This document shows positions 47,198-55,849 of a stretch of 64,000 bases of DNA, one piece after another. How positions within the stretch are numbered: position 1 is the stretch's first letter; each line of letters starts with the position of its first letter. Origin of the DNA: Candidatus Eiseniibacteriota bacterium. Lineage in GTDB: Bacteria; Eisenbacteria; RBG-16-71-46; CAZAMP01. The notes under the pieces are model-generated. The model was not told the DNA's origin. It did not search any database and worked only from the letters and a program-made list of their open reading frames with translations. The position numbers and the translations under genes are program-made. The DNA lies in contig OZ245046.1 of the NCBI GenBank assembly GCA_965224245.1, positions 1,536,001 through 1,600,000 on the forward strand, written 5' to 3'.

Positions 47198-48511
47198 ATG
47201 ACATGGCGACGACAGAGCCCGGGCCCTCTGATCGGTGGCCCGGGGCGCTCGGCCCTGGTGGCGGTCGCGCTCGTGACGGCCGCGCTGGGGTGCGAGAACG
47301 GTGTGCGCATCCAGCGGGGTGACGGGACCGACGGAACCCCGCTCTGCTCGGTGGGCGTCTCGCGTCTCGACTTCGGGACGGTCACGCTGGACGAAACCGA
47401 GACGCGCTCGTTCGCGCTCCGGAACCTCGGCGACGGCGATCTGGCCATGCGGGTGGTGCTCGAGGACTCCACCGGCACGTTCGCGCTGACGCGCGGGGGC
47501 GGAACGTACCTTCTCGGACCCGGGCAGCTGCGCCGGGTGGAGCTCGAGTTCCGGCCCTCCGATCAGACCGAGTACGGGGCGACGCTGGACCTGGGGCTGA
47601 GCTGTGACGACGTGGAGCTGGTCGGCGTCGGCGACTTCGCACCGGCGTGCTCGGTCACGCCGACCACGGTCGCGCTGGGCACGATCCCGGTGGGACGGGT
47701 GACCGAGCTCACGGTCACCCTGGGAAGCACCGGCGGCGGGTTCGTTTCGGGATCGGTGACCGAGTCCTGTGACGCGGTCGCGGTGCTCTCGGGCGGCGCC
47801 TATTCGGTGCCCAGCGGCGAGACCCACGAGGTGCGCGTCGGCGTGGGGCCGTCCGCCGCCGGCGTGATCTCCTGCGAGCTGGACTTCGCCGCCGGCTGCG
47901 CGACGACGACCGTCACCGCGACCGCCGCCGCCGTGGCGGGCTGCGTGGTGTCGGATCCGATCGTCGAGTTCGACGACGTTCTGGCCGGAAGCGGTGCCGG
48001 CGACGAGCGGACGCTGACGATCGAGAACACCGGGTCCACGACCTTCTCCGGGTCGATCTCGCTGGACTGCGTCGGGGGACCGTTCTCGCTCGTGGCCGGT
48101 GCGGGCGCGTTCACGCTGGGTCCGACCCAGTCGCACCCGGTCACCGTCCGCTTCGCGCCGACCGCGGCCGACTGCGGGAACCAGTCGTGTCGAATCCTGA
48201 CCGGCGTCGTCGCCTGCCCGGAGATCCCGATGACGGGCCTCGGACGAGTGACGTTCACCGAGCAGATCACGAGCATCTTCGCGGATCGCGGCTGCTTCAC
48301 CTGTCATGGGGCGGGAGCGCCCACGCGAAACTGGACCGACTACGACCAGGTGCGGGAAAAGCTGAACTTCGCCAATCCGCCGGACAGCCGGATGCTGCTC
48401 CGTGCCGCCGAAGAGAGTCACACCGGCGGTCGCGACGAGTGCTTCGCGCCCGGCGGCGACTGCCAGCGGACGTTCGTGTGCTGGATCCAGGACGACGCGC
48501 CCCGGAACTGA
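47198..48511 (+). CDS. Lipoprotein with three Ig-like (choice-of-anchor D/ASH-like) repeats and a C-terminal monoheme c domain
   Basis: Lipobox 'ALGC'; three repeats starting 'C.V....DFG.V' and containing 'N.G'; heme motif 'CFTCH'; 'HTGG'. Confidence 0.7.
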   Translation: MTWRRQSPGPLIGGPGRSALVAVALVTAALGCENGVRIQRGDGTDGTPLCSVGVSRLDFGTVTLDETETRSFALRNLGDGDLAMRVVLEDSTGTFALTRGGGTYLLGPGQLRRVELEFRPSDQTEYGATLDLGLSCDDVELVGVGDFAPACSVTPTTVALGTIPVGRVTELTVTLGSTGGGFVSGSVTESCDAVAVLSGGAYSVPSGETHEVRVGVGPSAAGVISCELDFAAGCATTTVTATAAAVAGCVVSDPIVEFDDVLAGSGAGDERTLTIENTGSTTFSGSISLDCVGGPFSLVAGAGAFTLGPTQSHPVTVRFAPTAADCGNQSCRILTGVVACPEIPMTGLGRVTFTEQITSIFADRGCFTCHGAGAPTRNWTDYDQVREKLNFANPPDSRMLLRAAEESHTGGRDECFAPGGDCQRTFVCWIQDDAPRN

Positions 48512-48579
48512 TCGGGTCGGTCCTCTGCCGGGTCACGGTCCGGCGCGGGCCGTCCTGGGCCACGTGGGGTCGAGAACGG

Positions 48580-49917
48580 TCAGCGGGTTCGGGGCTCGGC
48601 CCGGCGCGGCAGCTCCAGTCGCTGGCCGGCGAAGATCTCGTGGGGGTTCGAGAGCGCGTTCAGGCGCAGGAGATCGCTCACGGTGATCGAGTACGCCGCG
48701 GCGATGCCCGAGAGCGTGTCGCCGCGCTGGATCCGGTGGTACGTGGGAAGCCGCTGCATGTCGTAGCAGGCCGCGGCCGGCAGGCCGGCCACGAGCGAGT
48801 CGGCGTCCGAGGGGGCGCATCCCGGCACGTGGACCACGAAGCCCTCGGGGATCCAGCGCTCCCCGGCCCAGACGTTGGCCGACAACGACGGATTCGCGGC
48901 CCGGAGCGCCTCCAGCGGCACGCCGGCGTGCTCGGCGAGGGCCTCCGCCTCGACGTAGGCCGGCATGCGGATCCCGGCGCTCACCAGGGCCACGGCGGGG
49001 GCCGCGTCGGGGTAGAATCGCTCCGGCTGGGACATGACCTCGACCACGGCCAGGAACGACGCGTAGAAGTTCCGCGTCGCGAAGCCCATCGGAGACGCGT
49101 CGTACTCGTCGAGCACGGTGGCGAGGTCGTGGCCGTGTCGCTCGACGGCCCGGCGCATGCCGTTGACGCCGTAGTTGTAGGCCGTGAGCGCGAGCGGCCA
49201 GGTCCCGAGGATCTCGTAGGCGGACACGAGATACCGGGCGGCGGCCCGGGTCGACACGATCGGATCGAGCCGCTCGTCGACGACGTCGTCGATCCGCAGG
49301 TACTGCCGGCCCGTCGCCCGGGTGAACTGCCAGAGCCCGCGCGCTCCGGCTCGACTTCCCGCCAGCGGGTCGAAGCCGGACTCGAGGTGGGGCAGCAGCA
49401 CGATCTGGTCGGGAATCCTGAATTCCGCGAACACCTCGCGAATGTGATCGATGTAGAGCGCCGATCGCGAGTGGCTGGCCGCGAAGACCTCCCGGAGGCC
49501 CTGCTGGAGCCGGACGTTCTCGCTCCAGGCGTCGAGCGCGTCAGCATCCAGGGGCGCTGCCGGGGAACGCTCCGCCAGACGGACGGGGAGACCGGCGCGA
49601 AGGCTGTCGGCGGCGGCCCGGCACCAGAGCCGAAAGTCGCGGGCCCGGTCGTCGATCCAGCGCCTGGCCCGCGGAGAGCGCGGCTCCAGCGCGTCGGGAA
49701 TCTGGACGACGGTGAGGATCCGCTCCGGATGGGCGCGATCGTGGACCAGGACGTCGCGCACGGTGTAAGACGTCAGCACGTCGCGCCAGAAGGCGACCCG
49801 GGGCGCGAGCGCCTCGGGGACGGGTAGAGCCTCTCGCTCGACCCACTCCGGCGGCTCGGAGGCCGGCGCGGCCGACACGAGCGCGGCGGCGGCGACCGCG
49901 ATCGCGACGTGACGCAC
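48580..49917 (-). CDS. Lytic transglycosylase (MltD-like) with C-terminal LysM
   Basis: 'PHLESGF', 'AGARGLWQF', 'VDERLDP', 'WPLALTAYNYG'; LysM 'HRIQRGDTLSGIA...LLRLN'; start approximate (GTG before signal peptide). Confidence 0.9.
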   Translation of the reverse strand: MRHVAIAVAAAALVSAAPASEPPEWVEREALPVPEALAPRVAFWRDVLTSYTVRDVLVHDRAHPERILTVVQIPDALEPRSPRARRWIDDRARDFRLWCRAAADSLRAGLPVRLAERSPAAPLDADALDAWSENVRLQQGLREVFAASHSRSALYIDHIREVFAEFRIPDQIVLLPHLESGFDPLAGSRAGARGLWQFTRATGRQYLRIDDVVDERLDPIVSTRAAARYLVSAYEILGTWPLALTAYNYGVNGMRRAVERHGHDLATVLDEYDASPMGFATRNFYASFLAVVEVMSQPERFYPDAAPAVALVSAGIRMPAYVEAEALAEHAGVPLEALRAANPSLSANVWAGERWIPEGFVVHVPGCAPSDADSLVAGLPAAACYDMQRLPTYHRIQRGDTLSGIAAAYSITVSDLLRLNALSNPHEIFAGQRLELPRRAEPRTR

Positions 49918-49942
49918 GAGGGGCGGAGCCGCCCGCCCGAGA

Positions 49943-49971
49943 TTGAACTCCCGTCGAGGCCGGGGTATGCT
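49943..49971 (+). promoter_or_regulatory. Putative sigma70-type promoter TTGAAC-N17-TATGCT
   Basis: Hexamers at 49943-49948 and 49966-49971, upstream of SD GGAGGT and ATG 50012. Confidence 0.6.
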
Positions 49972-50011
49972 CACTCGCTTCGTTTTCTCCGTTCCCGCAG
50001 GGGAGGTGTTC

Positions 50012-50416
50012 ATGATCACGGTGACACGCCGGATGACGTTCTCGGCCGCGCATCGCCTCTTCAATCCCGAGTTCAGCGACGCCGAGAACGAGCGCGTGTT
50101 CGGCCTGTGCAACAATCCGGCCGGCCACGGGCACAACTACACGCTCGAGGTGACCGTGGCGGGGGAGCCCGATCCGAAGACCGGCATGGTCATCAACCTG
50201 TCCGATCTGAAGGCGATCCTGCAGACCGAGGTCATTTCTAAGGTCGACCACAAGAACCTCAACGTTGACGTCGAATTCATGCAGGGCTGCGTTCCGACGG
50301 CCGAGATGCTCGCGATCCGGATCTGGGACCAGCTGACCGGGAAGCTCCCCTCGGTCGAGCTCCGGGAAGTGACGGTCTACGAGTCCCCTAACAACGTCGC
50401 CTCGCGCACGGCATGA
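50012..50416 (+). CDS. 6-pyruvoyl-tetrahydropterin synthase (COG0720, PTPS-II-type motif)
   Basis: 'FSAAHRL', '[11 protein letters not shown]' (Cx5HGH), 'TGMVINL', 'DHKNLN', 'PTAE', 'YES'. Confidence 0.9.
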   Translation: MITVTRRMTFSAAHRLFNPEFSDAENERVFGLCNNPAGHGHNYTLEVTVAGEPDPKTGMVINLSDLKAILQTEVISKVDHKNLNVDVEFMQGCVPTAEMLAIRIWDQLTGKLPSVELREVTVYESPNNVASRTA

Positions 50417-51012
50417 CGGGGCGTCACGTGGACGATCGCACCCCCCGCGAGACGCGAATCGCGGAGCTGACCGCCGAGCTGCTCGAGTGCCTCGGCGAGG
50501 ATCCCGCCCGGGAGGGGCTCCGGGCCACCCCGACGCGGGTTGCCCGTGCATGGCGCGATCTCACAAAAGGTTACGATCAGAACCTCGAGGATGTCGTGAA
50601 CGGAGCCCTGTTCGAGGCCGTGGGCTCGGAGATGGTCATCGTGCGCGACATCGAGGTCATGAGCCTCTGCGAGCACCACCTCCTGCCGTTCTACGGCCGG
50701 GCGCACATCGCGTACCTTCCGAAGGAGCGCGTCATCGGGCTGTCCAAGACCGCCCGCGTCCTCGACATGTACGCGCGGCGGCTTCAGGTGCAGGAGCGAC
50801 TGACGACCCAGACGGCCGACGCGCTGGACCGCGTGCTCGAACCGCACGGGGTCGCGGTCGTGATCGAGGCTCGCCACATGTGCATGATGATGCGGGGCGT
50901 CGAGAAGGCCCACTCGCTGACGACCACGTCGTCGCTCGTCGGGAAGTTCAAGGACGACCCGGCCACGCGTGCCGAGTTCCTGTCGCTGATCTCGAATCGC
51001 GTGTCGTCCTGA
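50413..51012 (+). CDS. folE: GTP cyclohydrolase I
   Basis: '[13 protein letters not shown]', '[10 protein letters not shown]', 'GLSK', '[10 protein letters not shown]', 'HMCMMMRGV'. Confidence 0.97.
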   Translation: MTGRHVDDRTPRETRIAELTAELLECLGEDPAREGLRATPTRVARAWRDLTKGYDQNLEDVVNGALFEAVGSEMVIVRDIEVMSLCEHHLLPFYGRAHIAYLPKERVIGLSKTARVLDMYARRLQVQERLTTQTADALDRVLEPHGVAVVIEARHMCMMMRGVEKAHSLTTTSSLVGKFKDDPATRAEFLSLISNRVSS

Positions 51013-51040
51013 GCGGTCGGCACGAGAGGAGTTTGCGGAC

Positions 51041-51757
51041 GTGAGCGCAACCCTGACCGCGGCGACCGCCGTGGTGACCGGCGCCAGCTCGGGCATCGGC
51101 CGCGCGTTCTGCTTGGCGCTGGCCCGGGCCGGGGTCCGCCTGATCCTGGTCGGCCGCGACGTGGCTCGTCTGGACGCGGTCCGGGACGAGACGTCGCGGA
51201 TCGACACGTCGTCGGGGGCCACGATCCTCGCCTGCGACCTGACCGACAAGGTGGCGGTCGAACGCCTGACCGCGTCGCTCGGTCCGGTGGACGTGCTCGT
51301 GAACGCCGCCGGGACGATGGCGGCCGCCGGCGTGCACGAGCTCGATCTCACCCGCTTCGACGCCGTCCTCGACACGAACCTGCGCGGCGCCTTCCTGATG
51401 TCCAGAGCCGTACTTCCCGGCATGCGCGAGCGGCGCCGCGGCATCATCGTGAACGTGCTCAGCATCGCGGTTCGGCGGAGCTTTCCGGGCATGGGAGCGT
51501 ACGCGGCGTCGAAGGCGGGGCTGGCCGCGCTCAGCGGCGTCATCCGAGAGGAGAACCGCGGGTACGGCATCCGCGTTCTCGACGTCGTTCCCGGCGCCAC
51601 CCGAACCCCGATGTGGGACGACTTCTGGCCCGACGCGCCGCGCGAGCGCATGATGGCCGCCGAGGAGGTCGCCGACGCGGCGGTGGCCATGCTCTCGTTC
51701 GACGGAGACGCGATGGTCGAGGAGCTGGTCGTCCGGCCTCAGGAAGGTGATCTGTAG
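51041..51757 (+). CDS. SDR oxidoreductase, sepiapterin-reductase-like
   Basis: 'TGASSGIG', 'YAASK'; 'DVVPGATRTPMW' and terminal 'VEELVVRPQEGDL'; adjacent to PTPS and folE. Confidence 0.75.
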   Translation: MSATLTAATAVVTGASSGIGRAFCLALARAGVRLILVGRDVARLDAVRDETSRIDTSSGATILACDLTDKVAVERLTASLGPVDVLVNAAGTMAAAGVHELDLTRFDAVLDTNLRGAFLMSRAVLPGMRERRRGIIVNVLSIAVRRSFPGMGAYAASKAGLAALSGVIREENRGYGIRVLDVVPGATRTPMWDDFWPDAPRERMMAAEEVADAAVAMLSFDGDAMVEELVVRPQEGDL

Positions 51758-51759
51758 CC

Positions 51760-52869
51760 GTGAGCCGCGGGACCGGCCGGCTGCGCGTGACCACCGTCGT
51801 CGGCGCGCGTCCGCAGTTCGTGAAGCTGGCGCCGGTGTCCCGAGCGCTCAGGAAGGTGGCCGACGAGCGGATCGTCCACACCGGCCAGCACTACGACGCC
51901 GACATGAGCCGCCGCTTCTTCGACGAGCTCGAGATCCCCGAGCCCGACGCCCACCTCGGGGTGGGATCGGGCACCCACGCCGAGCAGCTGGGACGGACCA
52001 TGACCGCGCTCGAGGCGGATCTCCGCGCGCGTCCGCCGGACGCGGTGCTCGTGTTCGGCGACACGAACTCCACGCTGGGGGCCGCGATCGCGGTCGCGAA
52101 GGCCGGCATCCCGCTCGCGCACGTCGAGGCGGGAGTGCGTGGCTACGATCCGCGCGAGCCCGAGGAGATCAACCGCGTCCTGACCGATCGGCTGGCCACG
52201 TGGCTCTTCGTCCCGACCCGGTCCGCGGTCGAGAACCTCGCCCGCGAAGGGATCGAGGCCGGTGTCCACGACGTGGGCGACGTCATGGTGGACGTGCTCC
52301 TCGAGACCCGATCCCGGGTCGCCGGCCGGGCCGACCGGGCGCTCGCCCCGCATGGGCTGGAGGGTGCAGCGTTCATCCTGGCCACGTTCCACCGCCCGTT
52401 CAACGTCGACGATCCCGGATCGTTGGAGGCGATCGGGGAGGCGCTGGGCCGGCTCGACCATCCGGTCGTGTGGCCGGTTCATCCACGGGCGCGGGCACGG
52501 CTCGAGGCGTTCGCGCTCTGGGACGCGCTCGCCGCTCACCCGCGCGTCCATCTCGTCGATCCCGCCGGGTACCCGGACATGGTGGCGCTGACGGACCGCG
52601 CGTCGCTGGTCGTGACCGACTCCGGTGGGCTCCAGAAGGAGGCGTTCGTCCTCGGCGTGCCCTGCGTGACCGTCTCGGCCCAGACCGCGTGGGTGGAGAC
52701 GGTGGACACCGGGTGGAACAGGCTGGTTGCCGCCGAGACGACGGCGATCGTGACGGCCGCGCACGACCACCAGGGTGGGAGCTCCCACCCCGACTGCTAC
52801 GGCACCGGCGACGCCGCACCCGAGATCGCCCGCATCCTCGCCGAGAGCGCCGGACGCCGCCCGTCATGA
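51760..52869 (+). CDS. wecB: UDP-N-acetylglucosamine 2-epimerase (non-hydrolysing)
   Basis: 'VGARPQFVK', 'HTGQHYD', 'GDTNST', 'HVEAG.R', 'PEEINR', 'TDSGGLQKEA'. Confidence 0.95.
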   Translation: MSRGTGRLRVTTVVGARPQFVKLAPVSRALRKVADERIVHTGQHYDADMSRRFFDELEIPEPDAHLGVGSGTHAEQLGRTMTALEADLRARPPDAVLVFGDTNSTLGAAIAVAKAGIPLAHVEAGVRGYDPREPEEINRVLTDRLATWLFVPTRSAVENLAREGIEAGVHDVGDVMVDVLLETRSRVAGRADRALAPHGLEGAAFILATFHRPFNVDDPGSLEAIGEALGRLDHPVVWPVHPRARARLEAFALWDALAAHPRVHLVDPAGYPDMVALTDRASLVVTDSGGLQKEAFVLGVPCVTVSAQTAWVETVDTGWNRLVAAETTAIVTAAHDHQGGSSHPDCYGTGDAAPEIARILAESAGRRPS

Positions 52870-53987
52870 CGACGCCACTTCGGATCGACCGCGTGCGACT
52901 GCACCACCTCGAGATTCCACTGCGGGCGCCGTTTCGTACCAGCGCCGGCGAGTGGACGCACAAGCGTGCGGTCATCGTCGAGCTCTCGGCCGGCGGACTG
53001 ACCGGATACGGGGAGCTGGTCGCGCCGGAAGCGCCGTTCTACACATACGAGACCCAGGAGATCTCGGCCGACGTGATCCGGCGCTACCTCGCCCCGGCGC
53101 TGATGGACACGAAGATCGGCGAGCCGGCCGACGTCTCGCGGGCGTGTTCCCGCGTCTCCGGGTACCCGATGGCCAAGGCCGCGCTGGAGACCGCCGTCTG
53201 GGATCTCGTGGGCAGACGCGACGGGCGATCGCTGGCCGAAATGATCGGGGGCACGCGCGATCGGGTGGCGGGCGGGGTCGCGCTGGGCATCGAGCCCGAC
53301 CTCGACGCCAGCCTCCGGCGCCTGGCCCCGTTCGTCGAGGCGGGGTACCGGCGGGTGAAGCTGAAGGTGAAGCCCGGCTGGGACGAGACGCTCGTGACCG
53401 CTGTGGCGGAGGCGTTTCCCGATCTCGTGATCACCGTGGACGGCAACGGCGCGTACCGGCGCGAGCACGCCGATCGCCTGGTGGCCCTGTCCGAGGGTGC
53501 GGCATCGATGATCGAGCAGCCGTACCCGGCGGACGATCTCGTCGGCCACGCCGAGCTGGCCGCGAGAGCGAGCGGGCTCGTGGCGCTGGACGAGTCCCTG
53601 ACCAGCGCGGCGGTGGGCGAGAGCGCCGCCCGTCTGAGCGAGCGACTCATGTTCAACGTGAAGGTGGGTCGCGTGGGCGGGCTCGACGAGGCCCTCCGCA
53701 TCTACCGGCGCGCGCACGCCGACGGACGGCCCCTCTGGGTGGGAGGCATGTTCGAGACGTGCATCGGCCGCCTGGTCAACCTCGCGCTCGGCAGCCTGGC
53801 CGGATTCACCCGGGGTGGGGACGTCTCGGGGAGCGATCGGTACCATGACGCGGATCTCGTGGATCCGCCCATTCGCCTCGAGCCCGACGGTCGGCTGAGG
53901 GTTCCCCGGGGGCCCGGTATCGGTGCTACAGTACGGGCCGACGAGATTCGACGGTTCACGATCCGCGACGAGGTTCTCGAGCCGTGA
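52866..53987 (+). CDS. o-succinylbenzoate synthase / N-succinylamino acid racemase family enolase
   Basis: 'KLKVKPG', 'DGN', 'IEQP', 'LDES', 'NVKVGRVGG', 'GGMFE', 'GDVSGSDRY'. Confidence 0.85.
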   Translation: MTTPLRIDRVRLHHLEIPLRAPFRTSAGEWTHKRAVIVELSAGGLTGYGELVAPEAPFYTYETQEISADVIRRYLAPALMDTKIGEPADVSRACSRVSGYPMAKAALETAVWDLVGRRDGRSLAEMIGGTRDRVAGGVALGIEPDLDASLRRLAPFVEAGYRRVKLKVKPGWDETLVTAVAEAFPDLVITVDGNGAYRREHADRLVALSEGAASMIEQPYPADDLVGHAELAARASGLVALDESLTSAAVGESAARLSERLMFNVKVGRVGGLDEALRIYRRAHADGRPLWVGGMFETCIGRLVNLALGSLAGFTRGGDVSGSDRYHDADLVDPPIRLEPDGRLRVPRGPGIGATVRADEIRRFTIRDEVLEP

Positions 53988-54069
53988 GCGGTGGGGACGG
54001 CGCGCCGGCCGGCGGTCGCCACGAGCCGACGCCGCGTTCGGGCGGTGGGGTGGTGAAGGTGACGGGGAC

Positions 54070-55068
54070 ATGATTCGAGTCGAGAGCCTGACGAAACGCT
54101 TCGGCCACGTGGTCGCCGTCGACGATCTCAGCTTCGAGGTCAGTCGCGGCGAGGTGGTCGGCTTCCTCGGACCCAACGGGGCCGGGAAGACGACGACGAT
54201 GCGGATCCTCACCGGGTTCGTTCCCGCGACGTCGGGGAAGGTCTCGGTGGCCGGGTACGACATCCTCGACGAGCCGCTCGCCTGCAAGCGGCACATCGGC
54301 TATCTCCCCGAGAGCGTCCCCGTCTATCCCGACATGGACGTCGCACGATACCTCCACTTCGTCTGCGATCTGAAGGCGATCCCGCGCGCGCGACAGACCG
54401 ACGAGGTCGAGCGGGCGATGGCGCTGACCGACATCACCGATCGTCGCTCGCGCATCATCGGTCACCTGTCGAAGGGCCTCCGAAAGCGCGTGGGAATCGC
54501 CCAGGCGCTCCTCGGCGACGCGGATCTTCTCATCCTCGACGAGCCCACCGAGGGGCTGGATCCGAACCAGGTGCTCAGCATCCGCGAGCTCGTGGCCTCG
54601 CTGTCCCGAGAGCGCACCGTGATCCTGTCCACGCACGTCCTGACCGAGGTCGAGCAGACCTGTAGCCGCGTCCTGATCATCGACCGCGGGCGCCTGATCG
54701 CGTCGGACTCGGTCGAGCATCTCCGCGCCGACGCGCGCGGTGACGGTGTGGGGCTGACGCTCCGGATCGCGGGCGCGCGCTCGGTCCTCGACGAGGCGGT
54801 GGCCCGGGTGCCGGGCTCGACGCTCTTCGAGTGCCGTCGCGACGACGCGGACGACGACACGGTCCTCCGGGCGAGGCTCCGGGTTCCCACCGCCGGGGAC
54901 GCCGCGGAGGTCGCGCGGGCCGTGGTCGCGTCGGGGGCGGGACTGCTCGAGATGACCCGGGAGCGCCAGTCGCTCGAGGACGTGTTCGTGCGTCTGACGT
55001 CGGCCACCGGTGGGCGCCGGCCCGAGATCGCCGAGACGGACCCCGGCGGGGAAGGAGCGGCGCCGTGA
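54070..55068 (+). CDS. ABC transporter ATP-binding protein (GldA-like)
   Basis: 'GPNGAGKTT', 'LSKG', 'LILDEPT', 'STH'. Confidence 0.92.
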   Translation: MIRVESLTKRFGHVVAVDDLSFEVSRGEVVGFLGPNGAGKTTTMRILTGFVPATSGKVSVAGYDILDEPLACKRHIGYLPESVPVYPDMDVARYLHFVCDLKAIPRARQTDEVERAMALTDITDRRSRIIGHLSKGLRKRVGIAQALLGDADLLILDEPTEGLDPNQVLSIRELVASLSRERTVILSTHVLTEVEQTCSRVLIIDRGRLIASDSVEHLRADARGDGVGLTLRIAGARSVLDEAVARVPGSTLFECRRDDADDDTVLRARLRVPTAGDAAEVARAVVASGAGLLEMTRERQSLEDVFVRLTSATGGRRPEIAETDPGGEGAAP

Positions 55069-55847
55069 CCGCCACCTTCGCCATCTTCAAGCGCGAGCTC
55101 CGGGCGTACTTCGCCTCGCCGATCGCCTACGCGGTGCTCGCGTTCTTCCTGCTCTTGACCGGCATCTACTTCGACAGCCTGGTCGGGCTGACGATCCGGC
55201 GCGAGTTCGAGGCCGTCGCGGCCGCACAGATGGGACGCCAGGCGCCGCCGGTGAACGTGAACCAGCTGGTCGTGCGCGAGTACTTCGGCTTCATCGGCTT
55301 CTTCCTGCCGCTGCTCCTGGCGCCGGCCCTGACGATGCGGCTGTTCTCGGAGGAGAAGAAGCAGGGGACGATCGAGCTTCTCCTGACCACGCCGATCACC
55401 GATCTCCAGATCGTTCTCGGCAAGTACCTGGCCGCGTTCGGCATGTACGCGATCATGTTGCTCGCCACGTTCCTGCACGTGATGTTCCTGTACATCTGGG
55501 GAGAGCCCGACACCGGGCCGATCCTGGCCGGATACCTGGGGCTGTTCCTCCTGGGCGGTGCCTACATGGCGCTGGGGATGTTCATCTCGTCGCTGACCGA
55601 GAACCAGATCGTCGCCGCGGTCACCACGCTGTCGGTGAGTCTGATCCTGTACATGATCAACGGGTCGACGCAGCTCGTGGGGGAGACGGCCGGGGCGGTG
55701 CTCGACTACCTCTCGGCCGCGAAGCACCTGGGCGCGTTCCAGAAGGGCGTCGTCGACTCGCGTGATGCCGTGTACTTCGCGAGCTTCGTGGTGCTCGGCG
55801 TGTTCCTGACGTTGCGCTCGGTCGAGTCCATGCGGTGGAGGGGCTGA
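55065..55847 (+). CDS. ABC-2 permease (GldF-like)
   Basis: 'RELRAYFASPIAY', 'TMRLFSEEKKQGTIELLLT.P', 'SSLTENQIVA'. Confidence 0.9.
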   Translation: MTATFAIFKRELRAYFASPIAYAVLAFFLLLTGIYFDSLVGLTIRREFEAVAAAQMGRQAPPVNVNQLVVREYFGFIGFFLPLLLAPALTMRLFSEEKKQGTIELLLTTPITDLQIVLGKYLAAFGMYAIMLLATFLHVMFLYIWGEPDTGPILAGYLGLFLLGGAYMALGMFISSLTENQIVAAVTTLSVSLILYMINGSTQLVGETAGAVLDYLSAAKHLGAFQKGVVDSRDAVYFASFVVLGVFLTLRSVESMRWRG

Positions 55848-55849
55848 CG

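Noticed and set aside
44513-48421. Very long antisense or alternate-frame ORFs (e.g. 1302 aa here; 29618-32587; 17554-20298; 10351-12738)
   Set aside because: Shadow ORFs expected at this GC content; Arg/Gly/Pro-rich, no motifs, and they overlap well-supported genes
50012-50416. queD annotation
   Set aside because: Motif is Cx5HGH rather than Cx3HGH, and no queC/queE/queF is adjacent
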